From the NCBI GenBank assembly GCA_041393675.1, contig JAWKJR010000013.1, positions 13,942 through 77,941 of the forward strand: a DNA stretch of 64,000 bases, read 5' to 3'. This document shows, one piece after another, positions 56,244 to 64,000 of the stretch (position 1 is its first letter; every line of letters begins with the position of its first letter). The DNA comes from Nocardioides sp. GTDB taxonomy: Bacteria; Actinomycetota; Actinomycetes; Propionibacteriales; Nocardioidaceae. Made by a program: the position numbers and the translations under genes. A model generated the notes under the pieces. That model was given only the letters and a program-made list of their open reading frames with translations, did not search any database and had not been told where the DNA came from.

Positions 56244-57158
56244 GTGGCAGCAGGCCGCCACAAGCGGGAGCCCGAGCCCCGCCGGCTCCCCGGAGCCGCG
56301 TTCGTCGCCGCCCCCGTGGCCGTCATGGCGACGGTGTCGACGATCTCTCTCGGCGTCCTCGGAGGCGGGACCGCCACCACCGCCGACAGCCGGCTGGCCG
56401 CCGCGTCCGTGGAGACGCTGCTGGCCCACCGCCAGGTGCTGTCCCGCGCCGAGTCGCGGCGCCGGGAGAAGCAGGTCGCCGAGCAGATCATCGCCGACCA
56501 GGAGGCCTACACCCGGCGCGTGGCCCGGGAGGCGAGGACGACCGCAGCGGCGGCCGACGCCTCCGCGATCGAGCAGGCCGTCCGCGAGGCCGACACGCAG
56601 CGCTACACCACCACCTCGCTCAACGTGTGGAGCGCCTCCACCGCGTCGGCCCAGGTGCTGGGCGAGATCGAGGCGGGCGCCAAGGTGCTCGTGACCGGGC
56701 GCAGCGAGGCCGGCCGCGTGGAGGTCGTCTGGAAGGGCCAGGCCCGGTGGGTCACAGCGGGCTACCTCTCCGCCGACAAGCCCGTAGGCCCGGCTGCCGG
56801 CCTGTCGATGGCGCCCTGCCCGAACACCTCCGTCGAGCGCGGGCTCACCACCAACGCCATCCGCGTCTACCGCAGCGTGTGCCACGCCTTCCCGCAGATC
56901 ACCAGCTACGGCGGCTGGGACGCCCACGGCGAGCATCGGTCGGGTCGGGCGCTGGACATCATGACCAGCGACGTCGCGCTCGGCACGGCCATCGCCACCT
57001 ACCTGCGCGCCCACGCCGCCGAGCTGCACCTGTACGACGTGATCTGGCGCCAGCACATCTGGACTCCCGTGCGGGCCGGCGAGGGCTGGCGCTACATGTC
57101 CAGCCGCGGCTCGGCGACCGCCAACCACTACGACCACGTGCACGTCTCGACGTACTGA
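56244..57158 (+). CDS. SH3b-domain protein with C-terminal LAS/M15-like putative peptidase domain
   Basis: GRH motif and TM, LNVWSA...WVTAGYLS, EHRSGRALDIM, VIWRQHIW, TANHYDHVHVS. Confidence 0.75.
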   Translation: MAAGRHKREPEPRRLPGAAFVAAPVAVMATVSTISLGVLGGGTATTADSRLAAASVETLLAHRQVLSRAESRRREKQVAEQIIADQEAYTRRVAREARTTAAAADASAIEQAVREADTQRYTTTSLNVWSASTASAQVLGEIEAGAKVLVTGRSEAGRVEVVWKGQARWVTAGYLSADKPVGPAAGLSMAPCPNTSVERGLTTNAIRVYRSVCHAFPQITSYGGWDAHGEHRSGRALDIMTSDVALGTAIATYLRAHAAELHLYDVIWRQHIWTPVRAGEGWRYMSSRGSATANHYDHVHVSTY

Positions 57159-57245
57159 CCGTCGCGTCGCGGGCTGACGTTTGTCACGTCCGGTCCGTGA
57201 CAGAGGACGCAGGCACAGGCCGGGCGCGGGCGCCACGCTGAGGGA

Positions 57246-58203
57246 ATGGACACCTCCTCGCCTCTCGCCTCGGAGCCCACGCAACCGGGGGGTTGGGGGG
57301 CGACCCCGGCGATCCGGCTCTCGGGTGTCACCCGCACCTTCGGCGACGTGGTCGCCGTCGACGACCTCGACCTGACGGTTCGTCCGGGCGAGGTGATTGC
57401 CTTCCTTGGGCCCAACGGCGCCGGCAAGACCACCACGGTGGACATGGTCCTGGGCTTGTCGCGACCGACCCGTGGCGAGGTCCAGGTGCTCGGGCTGGAG
57501 CCGCGCGACGCCATCGCCCGGGGCCTGGTGTCGGCGGTGATGCAGAGCGGTGGCCTGCTCAAGGATCTCACCGTGCGCGAGACGGTCCGGCTCACCGCCA
57601 GCCTGTTCCCGGGCGCGGCCGATCCCGAGGATGCTCTTGAACGGGCCGGCATCGCCAGGCTGGCGGACCGCAAGGTCGGCAAGTGCTCCGGGGTGAGCAG
57701 CAGCGACTCCGCTTCGCGCTGGCACTGCTGCCCGACCCTGCCGTGCTGCTCCTCGACGAACCGACGACCGGCATGGACGTCGAGGGTCGACGCGGCTTCT
57801 GGTCGGCGATCCGCGCAGACGCCGAGCGGGGCCGCACCGTGCTGTTCGCGACCCACTATCTGGAGGAGGCCGACCAGTACGCCGACCGGATCGTGCTGAT
57901 CCGTCGTGGTCGGGTGGTCGCAGACGGCTCGGGACCGGAGATCAAGGCCCTGGCCAGCGGCCGCACGCTGCGAGCGACGCTTCCGGATTCCGGCCGCCAC
58001 GAGCTGACTCAGATACCGGGCGTCGAGTCGGTCGAGACCCGGGCGACAGCATCGTCGTGCACGCGAAGGACACCGACGCCGTGGCGCGACACCTGCTCAC
58101 CGCGACCTCCGCGCGCGACCTGGAGATCACCAGTCGCGGCCTGGAGAACGCGTTCGTGACCCTCACCGGTGACGCGAGGACTGCTACTGAGGAGAGCCGC
58201 TGA
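57246..58203 (+). CDS. ABC-2 type exporter ATPase (indels)
   Basis: GPNGAGKTT, CSG.EQQRLRFA, LLDEPTTGMD, ATHYLEEAD. Confidence 0.88.
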
Positions 58204-59011
58204 TGACATCCGCCAGCGCCGATGGTGGCGCCGCGCCCGCCTTCGACCCCGCCAGCCGTGGGGTACCTCGTTGGGGTGGCTTGAACCTCACTCTGCTCGG
58301 CATCGAGCTGCGCCGGGTACTCCGCAATCGGCGGACCATCATCTTCGCCTTCCTCTTCCCGAGCATGCTGTTCTTCGTGTTCGCAGGAAGCCAGGAGTAC
58401 GCCGACCAGAGGATCGGCGTGGGCAACGTGTCGGCGTACATCATGGTGTCGATGGCGCTCTACGGCGCCGCCTTGACCGCCGCTTCAGGCGGAGCCGCGG
58501 TGGCGGTCGAGCGCTCGCTGGGCTGGTCGCGGCAGCTGCGCCTCACCCCGTTGTCACCGGTGTCCTACATCCTGGTCAAGACCGTGCTGGCGGTGTTGCT
58601 GGGGGCAATCGCAGTCGCGATGGTCAACGTCTGCGGCCTGGTTCAGGGCAAGCCGGACATGCCGGCCAGCACCTGGGTCGGGTGCGCGCTGCTGACGATC
58701 GCCTGCTCATTGGTGTTCGCCGCCCTCGGCGTCTTCGTCGGCTACTTGGTGCCGGGGAGAACGCGATGCAGATCCTCGGGCCGGGGCTGGCGCTGCTGTC
58801 GTTCCTGGGCAACGTGTTCATCCCGATCACCAAGGGCACCACGATGTGGTGGATCGCGTCGACTACACCGATGTTCGGGGTGGCCGAGATCTCGCGCTGG
58901 CCGCTGACGCGCGACCTCGACTGGTACTCCATCGTGAACGCGGCAGCGTGGCTGGCGGTCTTCGTCGGGGGCGCGGCCTGGCGGATGAGCCGGGACACCG
59001 CCCGGGTCTGA
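58203..59011 (+). CDS. ABC-2 type exporter permease (indel)
   Basis: ELRRVLRNRR, VERSLGWSRQLRLTPL, multiple TMs. Confidence 0.85.
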
Positions 59012-59022
59012 CGACGGCTAGC

Positions 59023-60155
59023 GTGGCCTGCGTGCCCGTCGTCCCATCGCCCGCCGCGGGCTCGTTCGGGGACGAGCCCGCGGCGCTCGGTGGTGGGCCG
59101 TCTACTCGGGGATCTGGCTGGTCTTCCTCCAGCAGCCCTGGCAGGCGGCTTGGTCGGCCCGCGACAGCGTGCCGGGGGCGCCGGCATGGTCGCGATGCTC
59201 TGCTTCGGGGCGCTCTACGTCGCCTCGTTCGGCATGGTCAGACACCGTCGGGTCCATCGGTTGGGAGGCCGGCTGTCGGTGCTGGGTGCGGTCATCTTGA
59301 TGGGGGAGATCGTGCTGTCGTCGGTCGTGTGCTGGGCCGTGGGTCAGCCGGGCACGGCCACGTTCGTCTTCGTGGCGGTCAGCGGCGTGGTCTGGTTGCC
59401 GGTCTGGCTCGCGCTCAGCCTGACGGCGGGACTGGCGCTGCTTCACGAGATCCTGGTCCGGACGGTTCCCGGCTGGGAGAATCAGCCGGCACTGACCTTC
59501 TCCTGCTCACCGCGGCCATGGCGATGTTCGGAGTCCGCGCGTTGATGGACCGCAACCAGCAACTGGTCTACGCCCGGCAGGAGCTGGCGCAGCGGGCGGT
59601 GACCGAGGAGCGAAGCCGATTCTCCCGCGACCTGCACGACATCCTCGGCCACACACTCACGGTGGTGACCGTCAAGGCCGAGCTGGCTGGCCGGTTGCTC
59701 GAGCTGGACCCGGAGCGGGCGCGCGCCGAGCTGGCCGACGTGGAGCGCCTGAGTCGCGATGCCCTGGCAGACGTACGCCGGGCTGTCGGGGGCTACCGCG
59801 AACCCTCGCTGGCTGCCGAGCTGGTGCGCGCTCGCGAGGCGCTCGGTTCGGCGGGCATCGCCGACGACCTGCCGACGTCGGTGGACGACGTCCCTGCCGA
59901 GCTGCGGGAGCTGTTCGCCTGGACCATTCGCGAGGGGTCACCAACGTGGTCCGGCACAGCGCAGCCACCCGATGCTCGGTGCGGCTGGACTCGAGGAGCG
60001 TGGTTGTCGAGGACGACGGCGCCGGTCCGACCGAGGCGGCAGTGGCTGGACACGGCCTCGCTGGGCTGCGGGAGCGGGCGGACGCTGCGGGTGCGGTGCT
60101 GGTCGTCGGCTGCGCGGACCCGCGCGGCTTCCGGCTCGAGGTGACCCGACCATGA
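59023..60155 (+). CDS. DesK-like (HisKA_3) sensor kinase (indels)
   Basis: EERSRFSRDLHDILGHTL, NVVRHS, VEDDGAG, GHGLAGLRER. Confidence 0.85.
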
Positions 60156-60757
60156 TTCGGCTGCTGCTGGCCGACGACCAGGCCATGGTGCGGGGAGCCC
60201 TCGCTGCGCTCCTTGGGCTCGAGGCTGACCTCGAGGTCGTCGCCGAGGTCGCGCGCGGGGACGAGGTCGTGGCGGCCGCGGAGCAGCATCACCCCGACGT
60301 GGCGCTGCTCGACGTCGAGATGCCTGGGCTGGACGGGATCGCGGCGGCCGCAGCGCTGAAGGCAGCGAGCCCGCACATCCGGGTACTGATCGTAACGACC
60401 TTCGGTCGTCCCGGTTTCGTCCGCCGCGCGCTGGAGTCGGGAGCGGACGGGTTCGTCGTCAAGGACACCCCGGCCCGCGCGCTGGCCGAGGCCGTCCGCC
60501 GGGTGCACCACGGACTGCGGGTCGTCGATCCCGAGCTGGTCGCAGACAGCCTGCTGGCCGGACAGTCGCCGCTGACCGGACGGGAGACAGACGTTCTGCG
60601 GGCGGCTCGCGACGGAGCACCGGTCGCCGTGATCGCCCGGCGGGTGTTCCTCAGCCCCGGCACCGTCCGCAACCACCTGTCCGCCGCCATCGGCAAGACC
60701 GGGGCCGCCAACCGTGCCGAGGCGGTCCGGGTGGCCGAGGAGTCCGGCTGGCTGTGA
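60152..60757 (+). CDS. DesR-like NarL-family response regulator
   Basis: LLADDQ, LLDVEMPG, TTFGRPG, VVKD, LSPGTVRNHLS. Confidence 0.93.
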   Translation: MIRLLLADDQAMVRGALAALLGLEADLEVVAEVARGDEVVAAAEQHHPDVALLDVEMPGLDGIAAAAALKAASPHIRVLIVTTFGRPGFVRRALESGADGFVVKDTPARALAEAVRRVHHGLRVVDPELVADSLLAGQSPLTGRETDVLRAARDGAPVAVIARRVFLSPGTVRNHLSAAIGKTGAANRAEAVRVAEESGWL

Positions 60758-60799
60758 GGGCGTCGGGCGGATCGTGCGCACCCGCTAGGGTCACTGCCG

Positions 60800-62113
60800 A
60801 TGGGTCCTGCCACGAACGACGTCCTGCCCCGCGTCGAGGACGAGTACGACCGCCACTCCCGCGAGCGGCTGGTCGCCGAGCCGCCCAAGCGTGTCGACGC
60901 CCCGGAGCGCACGCCGTTCGAGCGCGACCGGGCCCGGGTGGTCCATGCCGCCTCCTCCCGTCGGCTGGCCGCCAAGACCCAGGTCGTCGGCCCGGAGACC
61001 GACGACTTCGTGCGCAACCGGCTCACCCACAGCCTCGAGGTCGCGCAGGTCGCGCGTGACCTGGCGCGGGCGCTGGGCTGCCATCCCGACATCGTGGAGA
61101 CGGCAGCCCTCGCGCACGACCTGGGGCACCCGCCGTTCGGCCACAACGGCGAGCGGGTGCTGGCTGAGGTCGCCGCGCCCGCGGGTGGCTTCGAGGGCAA
61201 CGCCCAGACGCTGCGGCTGCTGACTCGGCTGGAGTCCAAGACTCTGCGTGCCGACGGGACCTCGGCCGGTCTCAACCTGACCCGGGCGACGCTCGATGCC
61301 TGCACCAAGTACCCCTGGCCGCGGGCGCTGGCCGAGCCGCCGCATGGGGTGCACTCCGATGGGTCACCGCGGGTGGTGGTGAAGTTCGGCGTCTACGACG
61401 ACGACCGACCGGTCTTCGACTGGATGCGGCGGCCGGCGCCGGGCGACGCGGCGCACGGCATGGCCCGCTGCCTGGAGGCCCAGGTGATGGACCTCGCCGA
61501 CGACGTGGCCTACTCGGTGCACGACGTGGAGGACGGCGTGGTCGCCGGTCGGGTGGACCTCACCCGGCTGGACCGGGCCGCGCTCTGGCAGACGGTGCGC
61601 GACTGGTACCTCCCCGAGGCCGACGACGGGGCGCTGGAGGCCACGCTCGAGGCGCTGGAGGCAGTGGGCAGCTGGCCGCGGGCGGCGTACGACGCGAGCC
61701 GCCGCTCGCTGGCCGCCCTCAAGAACCTCACCTCCGACCTGATCGGGCGCTTCTGCGGCGCGGTGCAGGAGGCCACCTTCGCCGCGTCCGATGGGCCCCT
61801 CGTGCGCTACCGTGCCGCGCTCGTCGTCCCCGAGCCGACCCGGCTGGAGATCGGCGTGCTCAAGGGCATCGCGGCCCACTACGTCATGCGCGCCGACGAC
61901 CGGGTGTCGCTGATGGGACGGCAGCGCGAGCTGGTGGCCGAGCTGGTGGGCGCCCTGGCCGAGCGGGGCCCTGACGCCCTCGACCGGGCGTTCGCCGACG
62001 ACTGGCACGCCGCCGCCGACGACGCGGCGAGGCTGCGGGTGGTGGTCGACCAGGTGGCGTCGCTGACCGACGCGAGCGCGGTGGCCTGGCACGGCCGCCT
62101 GGTGAGGCGATGA
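60800..62113 (+). CDS. dgt: dGTP triphosphohydrolase
   Basis: FERDRARV, KTQV, RNRLTHSLEV, AHDLGHPPFGHNGE, FEGNAQ, ADDVAYSVHDVED. Confidence 0.96.
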   Translation: MGPATNDVLPRVEDEYDRHSRERLVAEPPKRVDAPERTPFERDRARVVHAASSRRLAAKTQVVGPETDDFVRNRLTHSLEVAQVARDLARALGCHPDIVETAALAHDLGHPPFGHNGERVLAEVAAPAGGFEGNAQTLRLLTRLESKTLRADGTSAGLNLTRATLDACTKYPWPRALAEPPHGVHSDGSPRVVVKFGVYDDDRPVFDWMRRPAPGDAAHGMARCLEAQVMDLADDVAYSVHDVEDGVVAGRVDLTRLDRAALWQTVRDWYLPEADDGALEATLEALEAVGSWPRAAYDASRRSLAALKNLTSDLIGRFCGAVQEATFAASDGPLVRYRAALVVPEPTRLEIGVLKGIAAHYVMRADDRVSLMGRQRELVAELVGALAERGPDALDRAFADDWHAAADDAARLRVVVDQVASLTDASAVAWHGRLVRR

Positions 62114-62745
62114 CCGACCCGCTGGTCTGGCTGCCGTTCGCCCCGGCGCTGCTCGGTGGGGTGCCGGAGGGACTGCGGGTGGCCGAGGTGGTGCCCGACG
62201 GCCCCGACCTGCCCGACGGCGCCGACGAGGTCGAGCTGGTCGTGCCGGCCTACGACTGGGACGTCGACCTGGCCGTGCTGTCCGCGCTGCCGCGGCTGCG
62301 CGTGGTGCAGACCCTGACGGCCGGGTACGAGCACGTGCTGCCGCACCTGCCGGCCGGCGTCACCTTGTGCAACGGCCGGGGCATCCACGAGAGCTCCACC
62401 TCCGAGCTGGCCCTCGCGCTGATCCTGGCGTCGCTGCGCGGGATCCCCGGCTTCGTGCGCGCCCAGGAGCGCGGGGAGTGGGTCTACGCGCCGCGGCCGG
62501 CGCTGGCCGACCGCCGAGTGCTGATCGTCGGGTACGGCGCCATCGGCGCCGCGGTGGAGGCGCGGCTGACGCCCTTCGAGACCGAGGTGGTGCGGGTCGC
62601 CAGCCGCCCGCGCGAGGGTGTGCACGGCGTGGTCGACCTGCCCCGGCTGCTGCCGGAGGCCGACGTGGTGGTCCTCGTCGTGCCGCTTACCGACGCGACC
62701 CGCGGGCTGGTTGACCCGGCGTTCCTGGCGGCGATGAAGCGGGGT
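62110..62745 (+). pseudogene. D-2-hydroxyacid dehydrogenase truncated by unrelated DNA
   Basis: QTLTAG, IVGYGAIG, VPLTDATRGLVD..FLAAMK, then similarity stops; expected VN.ARG, ALDV and TPH.G motifs not found in the following frames. Confidence 0.75.
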
Positions 62746-62959
62746 CGCAAGGTCCCTTCGGGAATCAGACTCCACCCAGGTGATGGAGCCAGAAGGCCTG
62801 CCCATCCTCACCCGTCGAAACCAGGCACTCCCCGCTTCGTTCTCCCGCTCGACGAGGGTTCCTGCGCCGTCGCGGCCCCACACTCAGACGCCTTGGTTCT
62901 CCACGACCAAGACCTCGACGCCGGCATCAAGCCACGGACGCCGTACGCACGGTTGAAGG

Positions 62960-63298
62960 TCAGCAGGGGACCGACCAGCCATTGGCCGCGCAGGGATGAA
63001 CGTCTCGCAACCGGCATCCAGGGTTGCCCAAAAGACAACGGGCCCCGTGCCAGAAGTACACGGTCTCGAAGGCTCCGAGCACGATCGCGACGGATGCCAT
63101 CCAGATGGAAAGCTTGGTTCTGCCGTTCCTGACCAGCAACGCGATGCCCCCCGTGAGGATGGCCAACGCCCCGCCGGGCACCGGCAGGATCAGCCAGAGC
63201 AATGCGACGATCGCGTAGTGCGCTGCGGTGGTCTTGGGCTCGGCCTTTGCGGGCGTACTCGCGGTCGAGTCACTTCTGAGCGGCTGAGACTCGTTCAC
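62960..63298 (-). CDS. Hypothetical membrane protein (ends uncertain)
   Basis: Hydrophobic segments YAIVALLWLILPVPGGALAILTGGIALLV and IWMASVAIVLGAF. Confidence 0.45.
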   Translation of the reverse strand: MNESQPLRSDSTASTPAKAEPKTTAAHYAIVALLWLILPVPGGALAILTGGIALLVRNGRTKLSIWMASVAIVLGAFETVYFWHGARCLLGNPGCRLRDVHPCAANGWSVPC

Positions 63299-63422
63299 TG
63301 ATGCTGTTCCACTCGGCAGGGCGGCAGCATAGCCGAGCCATCCGCCGCTCGTCGTTGACGCGGATCGGTCGCTGCGTACGGACAGCGGTGCCGGCGCCAT
63401 GCCGCCGTCCGACTCGCGGCAG

Positions 63423-63776
63423 ATGAGGACGATTCATCTGTACGGTCGAAGCCTGGCCGAGTCAGCAGGAGCGCTCTCTGAACTCCCAGACGGCTCGCTC
63501 AAGGGTCCCGACGGAGCGGTATTTCGCAGGACGCCCACTCGCCTCAGACGTCGGGTCGGCAGCGAACTCGTCGAGTCCGGTGCGCCGATCGTGACCAACG
63601 TGTACCCCGAGGGGCTCACCTGGCGGGACGGTGCCGAGGCCACCGCTATGTGGCAGCAGATCAAGCCGAGGCTGGTCGAGGGGAAGCCTCCGCCCGTGCG
63701 CGACCTGCAATGGATCGGCCACCTGTGGGAGTCGGATGCCGGCGCGCCCCTGCTGGTCTTCGAGGGTCAGCACTAG
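63423..63776 (+). CDS. Hypothetical protein
   Basis: Protein-like ORF ending HLWESDAGAPLLVFEGQH; no recognised family. Confidence 0.55.
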   Translation: MRTIHLYGRSLAESAGALSELPDGSLKGPDGAVFRRTPTRLRRRVGSELVESGAPIVTNVYPEGLTWRDGAEATAMWQQIKPRLVEGKPPPVRDLQWIGHLWESDAGAPLLVFEGQH

Positions 63777-64000
63777 GCCTGATCGGGTGCAAACCGCTGG
63801 CCGGCACGAGCGGAACGCGGCAGAGTCGGGCGAGCGTAGCCGCCCTCAAAGCGGCAGATCCGCGTGGTTCGAATGAAGACTCCGTCGGCCTGTCTCAGAC
63901 ACGACGTGTGTTCGTTGCACGTCACGCCAAGCGATGAACCCCGCACGCAAGCGCGGAGAGGTCCGCTGCTCGCCGCGTCGACGCGCTAGGAGGTCATCCT

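Noticed and set aside
57246-60757. ABC exporter plus DesK/DesR as a novel system
   Set aside because: A common four-gene actinobacterial module with nothing atypical seen
60800-62113. dGTPase as an anti-phage defence gene
   Set aside because: Housekeeping-type Dgt with host-like codon usage, in its usual position downstream of glyQS-dusB

Overview
High-GC actinobacterial chromosome segment; gene order and protein style suggest Nocardioidaceae (inference). It is mostly the conserved core block degV-comEA-comEC-holA, rpsT, lepA, hemW, hrcA-dnaJ-rsmE, phoH-ybeY-hlyC/corC-cdd-like, era, leuA, recO, uppS, znuACB-zur, glyQS, dusB, dgt, with a fructose-type ABC transporter and LacI regulator, a 10-methyl fatty acid FAD-oxidoreductase/cfa pair and a DesK/DesR-type system. 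Many core genes, including lepA, dnaJ, leuA and glyQS, are split by single-base indels, most likely uncorrected long-read errors, so pseudogene calls are avoided unless the lesion is large. The most notable region is 358-2490. There, a diverged, internally deleted second copy of comEA/comEC is followed by about 1.2 kb of lower-GC DNA. That insert carries a 25-aa hydrophobic ORF missing from the ORF track, with a strong SD, an intrinsic terminator and possible 5'/3' fold-back pairing, making it a candidate type I toxin locus. Also notable are a REP/MITE-like repeat family at two convergent gene junctions, a lipoprotein with all PHM/DbM-type copper ligands, an HxlR/methyltransferase deletion scar, and a dehydrogenase cut by foreign DNA at the right end. 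No rRNA, tRNA, CRISPR array, integrase or transposase was seen.
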